Virus record (IMG/VR): IMGVR_UViG_3300025121_000027
Location: 43,006-107,005 of that record
Length of the DNA: 64,000 bases
Direction: 5' to 3' (one strand)
From: a virus
The notes beneath the pieces are model-generated. The model saw nothing but the letters and a program-made list of their open reading frames with translations. It had not been told where the DNA came from and made no database searches. The position numbers and the translations under genes are program-made. Below are positions 29,947 through 40,377 of the stretch, piece by piece. Numbering within the stretch: position 1 is the stretch's first letter; each line of letters opens with the position of its first letter.

Positions 29947-31661
29947 TGAAGAATTTTGATCTATCTTTTATAATGAAGTTAGTGGATCGCTTCTCCAGTC
30001 CATTGAAGCAGTCTATGCATAACTTCAATAAATTCATGGATCAAGTTAAGAAGTCCGATACTGTCATGATGAAGTTTAGCGACAACATGAAAGACATCGG
30101 GCAGAAAGCTTCTCTTTATCTTACTGCTCCTATAGTTCTTGCTGGTGGTATGGCTGTAAAGACAGCTATCAGTTTTGAATCTGCTTGGACTGGTGTTGTT
30201 AAAACTGTGGATGCTTCCAAAGAAGAGCTTGACTCGATGAAGAAAAGCTTGGAAGCACTTGCAAGGGTTACGCCAATTCCGCAAGAAGATATAATGAGAA
30301 TTGCAGAAGCTGCTGGCCAGTTAAATATTAAAACACAGTTTATCCCAGGCTTTACAAGAGCAATGGCGGCGTTAGCGGCTACTACTAACTTAACAGTAGA
30401 AAGCGGCTCTGACGCTCTTGCTCGTTTTGCTAATGTCATGCAAATGCCCCAAGATCAATTTGAGAGACTTGCTTCTACTCTTGCAAGATTAGATGTTAAT
30501 GCTCAAACTTCTGCTTCTGAAATTATGAACATGGCAACTTATTTTGCTGGTTCTGCTGCTCTTATTAAAATGACAGAATCGCAAACGCTTGGCCTTGCTG
30601 CTGCTTTAAGTTCTTTAGGTATTAGAGCCGAACTTGGCGGCGGTGCCATGAGTAGATTTATCATGGAGTTAGGCAAAGAAATTGGCACTGGCAGTAAACG
30701 TATGCGAGCTTTTGCAAAGATATCTAATTCGTCTGTTAAAGATTTTGAGAAGTTATGGAAGAAAGACGCACTTGAAGCAATACTAAAATTTGCAAAAGGA
30801 TTGGATGGTCTTAATAAAAGCGGCAAGAATGTTTCTGCAATATTAGATGCTATGAAGTTTGACGGCGTAAGATTGGCTGAAACATTGCTTAAAATGGCAG
30901 AGGGTGGGGATTTAGTCAGAGAAATTATAACAACAGGCAACAAAGAATGGGAGAAGCAAGGAGAACTTGTAAAGCAAACAGGTTTAAGATATGGGACTAC
31001 TGAATCCAAATTACAAATTTTTATAAATAGAGTAAAACAACTTTCTGCTGCTTTTGGAGATGAGCTACTTCCAAAACTTAATGAAGTAATGGATGGGCTT
31101 GAGCCGTTCATTGAACAGCTAAAATCAATGGATTCTCAAACAAAAACTTCTACTATAAAGATGGCTGCACTTGCTGCTGCTATTGGCCCATTATTAGTTG
31201 GTCTTGCTATTGTAACTAAATCTCTTGCAATCATTGCTGCTTCTCCTGCTTTTGCTTTGATAGTTGCTTCCTTTGCTGGAATTGCACTACAGATTAAAAA
31301 TACTAATGATGAAATAGATAGATTTACTTTGAAGATAAAATCATTCAAAGAATTTTTAAACTTTATGAAAACAATTAAAGGTGCTAACTTCTTTTCTTCT
31401 CCTGTTACTATGGCAACTACTGCATATAGAGCATCTAAAAAATTGTCTGAATCGCTTTGGCCAAACGAACCAGGTTTAAAATCTTCTCATTCTATTGATG
31501 GTGCATTAGCTCAATCTCATTCAAAAGCAGATGTAACAATTAGAGTGCAAGCAGAACAAGGAACGAATGCTCAAGTAGAAGATGTCAAGAAGAGTAGTGA
31601 TTTTGGCCTAAAAATTTTAAGTGATTATATGCTTGGAAATCAACTTGGATATGGATATTAA
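29946..31661 (+). CDS. Tail tape measure protein (TP901-type core)
   Basis: LVDRFSSPL, LTAPIV, FESA..GV.KT, AELGGGAMS; helical. Confidence 0.92.
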   Translation: MKNFDLSFIMKLVDRFSSPLKQSMHNFNKFMDQVKKSDTVMMKFSDNMKDIGQKASLYLTAPIVLAGGMAVKTAISFESAWTGVVKTVDASKEELDSMKKSLEALARVTPIPQEDIMRIAEAAGQLNIKTQFIPGFTRAMAALAATTNLTVESGSDALARFANVMQMPQDQFERLASTLARLDVNAQTSASEIMNMATYFAGSAALIKMTESQTLGLAAALSSLGIRAELGGGAMSRFIMELGKEIGTGSKRMRAFAKISNSSVKDFEKLWKKDALEAILKFAKGLDGLNKSGKNVSAILDAMKFDGVRLAETLLKMAEGGDLVREIITTGNKEWEKQGELVKQTGLRYGTTESKLQIFINRVKQLSAAFGDELLPKLNEVMDGLEPFIEQLKSMDSQTKTSTIKMAALAAAIGPLLVGLAIVTKSLAIIAASPAFALIVASFAGIALQIKNTNDEIDRFTLKIKSFKEFLNFMKTIKGANFFSSPVTMATTAYRASKKLSESLWPNEPGLKSSHSIDGALAQSHSKADVTIRVQAEQGTNAQVEDVKKSSDFGLKILSDYMLGNQLGYGY

Positions 31662-31663
31662 TT

Positions 31664-33073
31664 ATGACTTGGCGAGCTAACTTACAATTTGCATCTTTTA
31701 GAGGTGTTCCTTTTCATGTTCTTTCGCATGAAGCCTCTATCGGAAGAAGGAATGTAGTTCATCAATATCCATTCAAGGATGATCCGTATATAGAAGATTT
31801 AGGATTGGATACAGATGAATTTACTATTGAAGGCTACGTAATAGCAAATGAAGAAAATGATTATGATTATTTTTCACAAAGAAATAATCTAATAACTGCT
31901 TTAAAACAAGCAGGGCCAGGAGCATTAAAACATCCTTATCTTGGAGAGAAATATGTTTCTCTTGTAGGCAAAGCAAGAATAAGAGAAATGTTTAATGAAG
32001 GCGGCATTGCTCGCTTTACTATGACTTTCATGGTAACGAGCGATGCAATCTTTCCAAAGGAATCAATTGATACTTCTGGAGCAGTAGATAAAGCATCGGA
32101 GAAGTTGATAGATACTGCGCTGGATTCTTTCTATGAGCAATATGATATGGAAGATGCTCCAGCTTTCAGTCTTGCGGGGATGATAGATGATTTTGATTCT
32201 TATGTTTCTTTTGCAAAAAATAAAGTAAGTGCAATGCGTAATGCTTCTGGTTCTTCTTTAAGTTATGTTAAATCGACTTTTGACGATGCAAGAGAAGTAA
32301 TGCTTGAAGTAGTTAGATACCCATGTCAAGTAGGTGCTTTGGTTTTTGATTGTGTTGATAGTATTTTAGAAGTAGCTAATATAGTAGGAAGTGGCTATCT
32401 TGGCCAAATACTCGGTCAATGTAGTGGGCAAATTATAAGCAGTAGATTGTCTTCGATAGGGGATAAAGTAAACGAAACCCTTGGGCAATCAATGGTGCTT
32501 TCTATGCTTGGCATAGTTGGCGTTAATGATGTAACAGGATTTGGAACAGCTTTCAATGCTTCCTCTGGTGGTGGTTCTCTTACAACTATCAACGTCTCTA
32601 CGCACTCAACTGCAAGACAAGCAGCAAATAGATTAGCTTTTATTAATATGACTAAGGCAATGTATTTGGCTGGCTCTGTTCGTGCTGCTATTCGTTCTGA
32701 ATATAGAAGTCTTTCGGATGTAGAAAAGATTAAGGCGCAGATTATAAATTCTATTGATTATATGATTGAAAAACTTGGAGACGAATCAGCAAGCGATCCA
32801 TATAAGAATTATGGCATCTATGTTGATAACAGAAATATTTATTCTGATATAGAAAATTTAAGAAGCGAATTTGCAAAAGCTATAAAGCAAAAGTTTATAA
32901 ATCTTCCGTATGAAGTTGAAGAGGAAATATCTCCAGAAGGAACAACAATACTGCATTTAGCTTATGGCAAGTATTTAGATATCAGTAGAGATGAAGAAGT
33001 TTTCAAGCGCAACCAGCCAACACTTAAACATCCTGGCTTTGTACTTGATAATGTAAGGATGTTGTCTGAATGA
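31664..33073 (+). CDS. DNA circularization protein (Mu N-like)
   Basis: W...L..ASFRGVPF.V, GRR.VVHQYP, EDLG, L.HPYLG, N....HPGFV. Confidence 0.92.
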   Translation: MTWRANLQFASFRGVPFHVLSHEASIGRRNVVHQYPFKDDPYIEDLGLDTDEFTIEGYVIANEENDYDYFSQRNNLITALKQAGPGALKHPYLGEKYVSLVGKARIREMFNEGGIARFTMTFMVTSDAIFPKESIDTSGAVDKASEKLIDTALDSFYEQYDMEDAPAFSLAGMIDDFDSYVSFAKNKVSAMRNASGSSLSYVKSTFDDAREVMLEVVRYPCQVGALVFDCVDSILEVANIVGSGYLGQILGQCSGQIISSRLSSIGDKVNETLGQSMVLSMLGIVGVNDVTGFGTAFNASSGGGSLTTINVSTHSTARQAANRLAFINMTKAMYLAGSVRAAIRSEYRSLSDVEKIKAQIINSIDYMIEKLGDESASDPYKNYGIYVDNRNIYSDIENLRSEFAKAIKQKFINLPYEVEEEISPEGTTILHLAYGKYLDISRDEEVFKRNQPTLKHPGFVLDNVRMLSE

Positions 33074-34158
33074 GTGAAATTATACTAAAAGTAAATGGTA
33101 AAGAATTTTCTGGATGGAAAGAACTTGAGATCAATCAATCTCTGGACCAGCTTGCTTCTTCTTTTGCTTTTTCTTATACAGAAAAATATCCAAATCAATT
33201 TGATTCTTTTGATTTTACCATGGGCGAAGAAGCAGTTGTAGAAATCAATGGAACAAGATTAATAACTGGATATGTAGAAGAAATAGATAAGAATTATGAT
33301 AGCTCTAATCATGTTCTGCAAATAAGAGGTAGAGATAAATTAGGTGATCTTGTTGATTGCTCTTATTATCAAGAAGGTAAAAGCGGGGAGTGGCTTAATC
33401 AAACAGTAGAAACATTAGTAAAGAATTTGGTTGCTCCTTTTGGCATATCTGTTGTTGTAGATGAAACAGTAAGAAGTACAGCGAACGAAAGACATTCTTT
33501 TAAAATCAAAGAAGGAGATACTGTTGCTGATTCTCTTTCAAGATTAATGCGCTTATATGCTTTTCTTCCTGTTAGCTATGGCGATGGTAAATTGACAATG
33601 ACTCGCGCAGCATCAAATAGAAAAGCGGTCAATGCAATTGAAAGCGGAAAGAATGTTCTTGCTGGCAATTCTTATCAAAGCAATACGGAAAGATTTAGTA
33701 AGTATATAGTAAAAGGCTCTAATACCGGCGATCCTTTCCATGAATTAGAAACTTATATAGGCCCAAGTAGATATGCAGTGGACCCTATTATATCCAGAAG
33801 TAGACCGATAGTAATTATTCATGAAGATAAATCAGATAAAGCTAATTGCCAGAACAGAGCAGATTGGGAATCAATGGTTAGGGCTGGAAAGTCCAGATCA
33901 TATAAGTATGTTATAAACGATTGGCTTCAAAAAGACGGAACGCCTTGGCCTTTAAATGCCACCTATTCGGTTGTTGATAGTATCAACAAAGTAAATGGTT
34001 CTTTTCTTTCTTCTTCTATTATTTTTCGTTTGGGTGGTTGGGGAAAGATAACAGAAATTACTCTTGTAGATGAGAAGACATATAAGTTGATTAGAATGCC
34101 AGAAAAGATAACTGGCTCAAATGACGACGTAGACATATTAGGAATGATAGGCGCATGA
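33070..34158 (+). CDS. Baseplate hub (Mu P / gp44-like)
   Basis: LKVNG.EFSGW, ITGYV, GRDK.GDLVDCS, ERFS.Y.VKG. Confidence 0.92.
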   Translation: MSEIILKVNGKEFSGWKELEINQSLDQLASSFAFSYTEKYPNQFDSFDFTMGEEAVVEINGTRLITGYVEEIDKNYDSSNHVLQIRGRDKLGDLVDCSYYQEGKSGEWLNQTVETLVKNLVAPFGISVVVDETVRSTANERHSFKIKEGDTVADSLSRLMRLYAFLPVSYGDGKLTMTRAASNRKAVNAIESGKNVLAGNSYQSNTERFSKYIVKGSNTGDPFHELETYIGPSRYAVDPIISRSRPIVIIHEDKSDKANCQNRADWESMVRAGKSRSYKYVINDWLQKDGTPWPLNATYSVVDSINKVNGSFLSSSIIFRLGGWGKITEITLVDEKTYKLIRMPEKITGSNDDVDILGMIGA

Positions 34159-34862
34159 TTGAACCAATTTCCAGATTGCTTGCTCCGATAAAGAGACAAA
34201 TCTATATGCTTATAGGTAGGGCCATTGTCTCTTATATCGATAATTCAAAAAGTACTCAACTCTTACAATTAAGATTACTTGCAGATGAAATATCGAGCAA
34301 TGTTGAAAGATTTGAGGAATATGGATTCACTACTTATCCATTGGTAAATTCTGAAGCATTGGCATCTTTCGTAAACGGCAATCGTAATCACGGAATTATA
34401 CTTTGTGTTCATGATAGAAGATATAGGCCAACTGATTTAGCTTCTGGAGAAGTGGCTATTTATACTCACGAGGATTTATCATCTCCTAACCATAGAATAC
34501 ACTTAAAATCCGGCAATGAAATAGAAACCAAGTGTCAAGATAAGGTAGATATTATCGGCGGAAATAAAACGGAAACCATTACAGGTAATAAGCAAGTAAC
34601 TATAACAGGCAACCAGGGAAAGAACGCTGCCAATGATACAGAAACAATAACAACAAGCAAGCAAATTGTTGCCGCTGTTATTATTCTGAATGCTCCTTCT
34701 GTAACTCTTGGTGGCGCTTCTGGCACAGGGAAAACATTAGCTACAAGTGATATTGTATCTATCTTTAATAATCATACACATAATGAAACTGGCTCTGTAA
34801 CAAATGCTCCAAATACTACTTTAGCCGCCGCCAATATGACTGCTAATGTAAAGGGTGTATAA
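34155..34862 (+). CDS. Baseplate spike (Mu gp45-like)
   Basis: VERFEEYGFT, DRRYRP..L..GEVAIY, terminal HTH metal-binding motif NHTH. Confidence 0.9.
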   Translation: MIEPISRLLAPIKRQIYMLIGRAIVSYIDNSKSTQLLQLRLLADEISSNVERFEEYGFTTYPLVNSEALASFVNGNRNHGIILCVHDRRYRPTDLASGEVAIYTHEDLSSPNHRIHLKSGNEIETKCQDKVDIIGGNKTETITGNKQVTITGNQGKNAANDTETITTSKQIVAAVIILNAPSVTLGGASGTGKTLATSDIVSIFNNHTHNETGSVTNAPNTTLAAANMTANVKGV

Positions 34863-35423
34863 ATGGCTGATGAAATCAAACTTTCTTGGGATGAGATTTT
34901 TCTTGAAGCAGATATGTCTTATCTTAATGGAGACTTAGAGTCAGAAGCTGGATTTGCTTCTGCTGCTTTAATATCTCTTTTTACAGATAGAAGGGCATTA
35001 GATGATGATGAATTACCGGATTCAAATAGTCTTGATAAGCGCGGCTGGTGGGGGGATTTAGCTTCTCCAGAAGTTGATAATGATAGAATAGGTTCAAGGC
35101 TTTGGCTTTTAGAAAGATCAAAAACAATTCCTTCTATAGTTGTTAGTGCAAAGCAGTATGCAGAAGAATGTCTTCAGTGGATGATAGATGATAAAATAGC
35201 CTATAAGATAGAAGTAGAATCAGAAAGACAAGAGCCTGTTGGAAGTGACAGACTTGCTTTAAGTGTTAAGATATACTTAATAAGCGGAACAACAATAGCA
35301 ATCTCTTTTAATAACGAATTAATAGTTCTATCTTCTAACTCTGCAAGAACTTTAATTGGAGTATATGGAGATAGTTGGCAAGGTACTGTTGCTACATGGC
35401 AAGATGGTCCTATAACGTGGTAG
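34863..35423 (+). CDS. Baseplate protein (Mu gp46-like)
   Basis: ISLFTDRRA, RGWWGD, GSRLWLL.R.K, YAEECLQWMIDD. Confidence 0.92.
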   Translation: MADEIKLSWDEIFLEADMSYLNGDLESEAGFASAALISLFTDRRALDDDELPDSNSLDKRGWWGDLASPEVDNDRIGSRLWLLERSKTIPSIVVSAKQYAEECLQWMIDDKIAYKIEVESERQEPVGSDRLALSVKIYLISGTTIAISFNNELIVLSSNSARTLIGVYGDSWQGTVATWQDGPITW

Positions 35424-35443
35424 GGTTTTGAGGAGAATTTGAT

Positions 35444-36538
35444 ATGCCTTTTACAAGACCAACTCTAACTGAATTGGTAGATAGAATCCAAAGCGATATA
35501 GAGACTCATGTCACTAATGGGCAGTCTTTGCTTCGTAGAAGTGTTTTAAAAGTTTTGGCAAGAGTATATGCTGGCGTTGTTCATCTGTTATATAGTTATC
35601 TTGGATTCCAAGCAGAACAATTATTTGCTACTACTGCTGATGTTGAAGGTTTAGAAGCAATAGCGGATGAATATGGCATAAATAGAGTTGCTGCAAGTAA
35701 AGCTACGGGCTTACTGACTTTAACTGGAAGTGTTGGATTGATAATTCTTGCGGCTACAGAATTTCAATCTTCTGATGGGGTTACTTATGTTTCGGATGAA
35801 GATGAGATTTTTGTTGGAACAAGTTTATCTATAGAAATAACAGCGAGCGAAGGTGGCGATAGTGGCAATCAAGATGCTGGCGCAATTCTATCTTTTGTTT
35901 CTCCTATTGCTGAAGTATCTTCTCAAGCAACAGTAGCTACTGGTGGCTTGACTGGCGGAGCGGATGAAGAAACAGACGATGATTTAAGGGAAAGAGTTCT
36001 TTTAAGGAAGCAATATCCTCCTTATGGTGGTTGCTCTTATGACTATTGGCGGTGGATGTTAGAGTATGCAGGGGTAACAAGAGCATGGGTTTTTCCAGCC
36101 TATAATGGCGCTGGTACTGTTGGTTGTGCTTTTGTTATGGATGATTCTACTCCTTATATTCCAAATGCTGCAACTGTTGCGCTTGTAAGAGCATATCTTG
36201 TAGAGCATACAGATCCAGCAACAGATAGAACTGTTGGGATACCAGTTACAGCCGAGCCTGGTTTGTTCATGATTACTATTACAGAATTAACTATTAATAT
36301 GACGATAAACATTTATCCAAATACAGCAGCGGTTCAAACCTTGGTTGAAGCAGAGATACAAGATTTAATCGACAGGCAAGGTGGGCTTGGCTCGACAATA
36401 TATTTATCAGATATACAAGCTGCATTAGGAAGAGTGTCCGACCTTGAATACTTTTCTCTTGTACTGCCTGTTGCTGATGTTACTACACTTACCAATCAAA
36501 TACATGCTCTTGGCACAATTACTTTTGGAGACTATTAA
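35444..36538 (+). CDS. Baseplate J-like wedge protein (Mu gp47)
   Basis: MPFTRPTL.EL, GGADEETDDDLRER, DY..W.....GVTRAW. Confidence 0.93.
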   Translation: MPFTRPTLTELVDRIQSDIETHVTNGQSLLRRSVLKVLARVYAGVVHLLYSYLGFQAEQLFATTADVEGLEAIADEYGINRVAASKATGLLTLTGSVGLIILAATEFQSSDGVTYVSDEDEIFVGTSLSIEITASEGGDSGNQDAGAILSFVSPIAEVSSQATVATGGLTGGADEETDDDLRERVLLRKQYPPYGGCSYDYWRWMLEYAGVTRAWVFPAYNGAGTVGCAFVMDDSTPYIPNAATVALVRAYLVEHTDPATDRTVGIPVTAEPGLFMITITELTINMTINIYPNTAAVQTLVEAEIQDLIDRQGGLGSTIYLSDIQAALGRVSDLEYFSLVLPVADVTTLTNQIHALGTITFGDY

Positions 36539-37305
36539 TGGCATATTCAGTTTCCGAATATTTAAAAATGTTTCTAAGCTTGTTCCCTCGTGGTAGAGCA
36601 TGGTCCAGAGATGTAAATAGTGTTCTCTATAAACTATCAAATGCTCACGCCGAAGAACTTACAAGAATAGATATAAGAAGTGGCGATCTTCTTATAGAAA
36701 GAGACACAAGAAAAACTTATGATCTTCTTACAGATCATGAAAGAGATTTAGGTTTGCCGGATGAATGTTCTTCTGTTAGTAGTACAATTACAGAAAGAAG
36801 ATCAACTGCTTTCGCTAAATTTGTTTCAGAAGGGGGGTTAAATAAACAAGCCTATATTGATCTTGCAGAAGATTTAGGCTTTACCATTACTATTACAGAA
36901 TTTAAGCCATTCTGGTGCGGGTTAGGTGTTTCAGGAGAAGGGTGTGGAAATCAATCTAATATATTTTATTGGCAAGTAAACACTTATATAAATCCAGATG
37001 ATTGGATTTACTTTACAAGTGGTAGCAGTCAGTGTGGAGATATGTTATCTGTTGTTGCTGGAACAGTAGAGCAACAATGTGTTTTAAATAAACACAAGCC
37101 AGCGCATACGATTATTATTTTTGAATACTTTGGTCCAGAATACTCAGCAGCATTTAGTGGTGCTTTTAATTCTCTGCCATCAAGTGATCAAGCTTGGTTG
37201 CAAGGAGCATTTGATAGAAGTTTTGATAATTCTTTCACTGCATATTATGGCGGTGGTGAATTTGATAAACCAGCATTTGATGAAGCATTCTACAAACCAT
37301 TATAG
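36538..37305 (+). CDS. Baseplate protein (Mu gp48 / YmfQ-like)
   Basis: L.SLFPRGRAW, ER.LGLPDEC, C.LN.HKPAHT. Confidence 0.88.
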   Translation: MAYSVSEYLKMFLSLFPRGRAWSRDVNSVLYKLSNAHAEELTRIDIRSGDLLIERDTRKTYDLLTDHERDLGLPDECSSVSSTITERRSTAFAKFVSEGGLNKQAYIDLAEDLGFTITITEFKPFWCGLGVSGEGCGNQSNIFYWQVNTYINPDDWIYFTSGSSQCGDMLSVVAGTVEQQCVLNKHKPAHTIIIFEYFGPEYSAAFSGAFNSLPSSDQAWLQGAFDRSFDNSFTAYYGGGEFDKPAFDEAFYKPL

Positions 37306-37320
37306 AAAGGAAAACTAACA

Positions 37321-37872
37321 ATGGCCGATACGCAACGCACGAGAGCAGCAATTTTAGCTTTGTTCGCAGACAATGTAACAGGGCAGATTAGTGCTCAAGA
37401 TTTAAGAGATTTTGTTGTAACTCTAATGAACTCTGAATTTGCTTATGAAGGCGATTTCTGGAGCCAGCCAGCTACTGCTCAACTTACGGCAGAAGGCGGC
37501 AGAGGATGGAAGATTTATAGTCAAGTAGTAGACAGCAATATTAGCTTTGGCAATATTCTTTATATGACTATCTCTGGTACTTGGAAAAATGCTGATGTTA
37601 TTTCCAACCCAAAGAATTGCTTGCTTGCTGCTGCAATGAGCAACATTACAAGTGGTGATAGCGGTATTCTGCTTAGAAGAGGATTGATCTTTAAAAGCGC
37701 ATACAGCGGCATATTCAGTGGTTTTCTCGGTCAGCCAGTCTATTTAGCTTCTGTTGCCGGTGGTAGTATTTCTGTTACAATTACTACAAGCGTAAAGATC
37801 ATTGGTGTTGTAGAAAATGAAGCAAATGGTATCTATCGCTTTGAGCCTGATTGGAGTGTTGTCGGTTCTTAA
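37321..37872 (+). CDS. Putative tail/virion protein
   Basis: DN.TGQISAQDLRD N-terminal motif; C-terminal cement-like GQPVYL...GG. Confidence 0.6.
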   Translation: MADTQRTRAAILALFADNVTGQISAQDLRDFVVTLMNSEFAYEGDFWSQPATAQLTAEGGRGWKIYSQVVDSNISFGNILYMTISGTWKNADVISNPKNCLLAAAMSNITSGDSGILLRRGLIFKSAYSGIFSGFLGQPVYLASVAGGSISVTITTSVKIIGVVENEANGIYRFEPDWSVVGS

Positions 37873-37896
37873 TAGTTTTTTAAAAGGAGACAATAT

Positions 37897-38124
37897 ATGC
37901 ATAGAACAGAAGGAACAAATCATAATTTAGGAATGTTTACCAACGGCCCTCCTGCAACTTGCGTCGAAGAAGATTGGCTAAATGCTGTTCAAGAAGAAAT
38001 AGCAAAAGTAATAGAAGATTCAGGATTAGCATTGAAAACAGCGACAACTGAAACAAGAGATCAACTATCAGCAGCAATTACAGCTTTGATAGATGCAAGG
38101 TTATCTTACCATAGTTTGATTTAA
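37897..38124 (+). CDS. Stand-alone tail-fibre N-terminal (anchor) domain
   Basis: MHRTEG...DWLNAVQEEI..VIE...QL..AI; near-duplicate of the N-terminus of the next gene. Confidence 0.8.
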   Translation: MHRTEGTNHNLGMFTNGPPATCVEEDWLNAVQEEIAKVIEDSGLALKTATTETRDQLSAAITALIDARLSYHSLI

Positions 38125-38138
38125 AGTGGAGACAATAT

Positions 38139-39020
38139 ATGCATAGAACAGAAGGTGAAAATAATAGTGGAGGAATGTTTATTGATGGTCCTCCAGGCAC
38201 AAGAGTTGAAGAAGATTGGCTTAATTCTGTTCAAGAAGAAATAATCAAAGTAATAGAAGAAGGAGGGGAAACTCTTAAAGTAGCAACTACAGACACAAGA
38301 GATCAATTGTATACAGCTATTTCAAACTTGATTGATGATGAAGCGGCAATTAGAGCTTCTTCTGGTTTAAGGACTATATCTGTATTGACTTCTGGCGTTG
38401 CTGCTACATATAGCGTTCCTTCTGGTTGTACTCGTTTAATGGTAACGGTCATTGGCGCAGGTGGTGGCGCCGGTGGAATTGATGGCCAAGGAGCAAGTAC
38501 TTCTGCTGCAAGTGCTGCTGGCGGTGGTGGTGGATGGTGTCGTAAATTGATAACAAGTCCAGCAAGTTCATACACTTATACAATTGGCGCTGGCGGCGCT
38601 GGCGGTGCTTCTGGAGACAATGCAGGGTCAGCAGGTGGTAGCACTTCTTTTGCTGGTGGTAGTATTTCTCTATCTGCTACTGGAGGCGGGTTAGGACTTG
38701 GTCATACTGGTTTTGCTGGTAATCAAGTTGGGAATGGTACTGCTGCTTCTCCAGGGGCTGGCTCTGGTGGCGACATTAACGGAAGAGGTCTTCCGTCTCA
38801 TGGGCGATCTATTGTTGGTGGATATATAGCTGGTATTCCTGTATCTGGATGTTGTCCTGTTATTGGTGGTGGTAAATTGCCAAAGCTTGACGACAATGGA
38901 GAAAACGCAACAGCATACGGAGAAGGCGGCGGTGCTGCATTTTCAAGAGATGCTTCTGATAATTATTCTGGTGGCAATGGTTTTCAAGGAGTAATTATTG
39001 TTGAGGAGTATTATAACTAA
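38139..39020 (+). CDS. Tail fibre protein with Gly-rich domain
   Basis: MHRTEG...WLNSVQEEI anchor; VIGAGGGAGG Gly-rich domain ending GVIIVEEY. Confidence 0.85.
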   Translation: MHRTEGENNSGGMFIDGPPGTRVEEDWLNSVQEEIIKVIEEGGETLKVATTDTRDQLYTAISNLIDDEAAIRASSGLRTISVLTSGVAATYSVPSGCTRLMVTVIGAGGGAGGIDGQGASTSAASAAGGGGGWCRKLITSPASSYTYTIGAGGAGGASGDNAGSAGGSTSFAGGSISLSATGGGLGLGHTGFAGNQVGNGTAASPGAGSGGDINGRGLPSHGRSIVGGYIAGIPVSGCCPVIGGGKLPKLDDNGENATAYGEGGGAAFSRDASDNYSGGNGFQGVIIVEEYYN

Positions 39021-39520
39021 TGCTTAAAGTAGCAGTATTAGACAAAAACAATATAGTAACAAACATAGGAATAATTAATAGTATTAATGAGCGTCCAAAC
39101 AATGCTGTTGTCATTCAAGATAGACAAGCTTGCAATATTGGATGGAGATATAATGGTAGTTCTTTTTCTTCTGTCAATTCACAATCTGAAATTCCTATTG
39201 GGAAAAGAAGAGAGAATGCTTGGAAGCGCTTAGAATTTAATATGCATTCTTATATTTTTGTTGCTTGTGATTTTCCACAGCCTACTCAAATTACTTTACA
39301 GGCAATTTTTGTTGATCCAGATAGTAACAACCAACAGCGAGCAGCTTGTAAATCTATTTTTGATTGGATTAAAAATACTGTTTTGTTGTATTATTATACT
39401 AAAAAAATAGAGATAATGACATCTGAAAATCCAGAAAGTGTAACTTGGAATTTCCCTGCAAATTGCAATTCGTCCGCACCAAAGATCACGTTAGCACAAA
39501 TACTGCGAATGGGTATGTAA
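39020..39520 (+). CDS. Tail fibre assembly-like protein
   Basis: AVLD.NNIV.N...IGWRYNG..F motif; follows the fibre gene. Confidence 0.6.
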   Translation: MLKVAVLDKNNIVTNIGIINSINERPNNAVVIQDRQACNIGWRYNGSSFSSVNSQSEIPIGKRRENAWKRLEFNMHSYIFVACDFPQPTQITLQAIFVDPDSNNQQRAACKSIFDWIKNTVLLYYYTKKIEIMTSENPESVTWNFPANCNSSAPKITLAQILRMGM

Positions 39521-39525
39521 TTAAT

Positions 39526-40059
39526 ATGGACCTATACTACAAATATCAAAGCCAATTTGGCCACGCAGATTTAATAGAGTTTGCTCCAGACACTTTAGTT
39601 GGTTTTGCAATTAGAATGTTTACTGGGAAAAATGTTAGCCATACTGCCGGTGTTGCTTTGATGCAGCTTGTAGGAGATAACGAAGAAAGAAGATATATTT
39701 GGGAAGCAGATAAGAACGGTTTTCATTTATCTTATCTTTCTGATGTTGTTAGTGGATATAATGGTACTGTTTATTGGCTTCAATTAAAAGAAGAATACAA
39801 AGACTATAGATTAAAGATAGTGCAACAAGCAAAGAAACTTGAAGGCAAACATTATGATTATATAAACCTAATTCGTAATGCAAGAAGACCAGTAAAACTT
39901 GATGATAAAGATATCTTCTGCTCTGAAGGCTGGCATATTTCGATTGTTAGAACTGGATTAATTACAGAAGAACTTACAGGCGGATATGCTTTACGCCCTG
40001 GAGAATTTGATAGAATAGGAATATATAATTCTCCTATATGTATACACAATAAGGAGTAA
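39526..40059 (+). CDS. Permuted papain-like NlpC/P60 (YiiX/YebB-type) amidase
   Basis: SHTA...EA...G..YDY...FCSE with His before Cys; start refined to MDLYY. Confidence 0.75.
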   Translation: MDLYYKYQSQFGHADLIEFAPDTLVGFAIRMFTGKNVSHTAGVALMQLVGDNEERRYIWEADKNGFHLSYLSDVVSGYNGTVYWLQLKEEYKDYRLKIVQQAKKLEGKHYDYINLIRNARRPVKLDDKDIFCSEGWHISIVRTGLITEELTGGYALRPGEFDRIGIYNSPICIHNKE

Positions 40060-40061
40060 TT

Positions 40062-40289
40062 ATGGAATGGAAAGAAATTTTATATTGGTTTTCTGATGTA
40101 AGTATTATGTCGATATTAGATATAATCAGAAAAGACTTTTTGATAATGGTTTTTATGTTTGGTGGTGCCGTTGTTTATCTTATCAAGAAATTTACTACTT
40201 GGACTCCGTGGACGAGCGATGACGATATAGCAGATAAGATAGGGAAATACTTTGGTCTTAATAAAAAAGAAGAAGATAAAAAGGAATGA
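40062..40289 (+). CDS. Holin-like small membrane protein
   Basis: TM segment then TPWTSDDDI and a charged tail; last gene of the + arm. Confidence 0.55.
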   Translation: MEWKEILYWFSDVSIMSILDIIRKDFLIMVFMFGGAVVYLIKKFTTWTPWTSDDDIADKIGKYFGLNKKEEDKKE

Positions 40290-40320
40290 AAAATATATTA
40301 GTTTGTTTTATGTGTAGATA

Positions 40321-40361
40321 AAATAGTGCTTGCATTAATAATAAGTACGCAAGCACTATTT
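40321..40361. terminator. Bidirectional terminator between the convergent arms
   Basis: Perfect 13-bp inverted repeat AAATAGTGCTTGC / GCAAGCACTATTT. Confidence 0.75.
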
Positions 40362-40377
40362 AGCTATGATTTTGCTA

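Noticed and set aside
37897-39020. Diversity-generating retroelement template/variable repeat pair
   Set aside because: Differences are not adenine-specific, the repeat is N-terminal, and no reverse transcriptase is in the window
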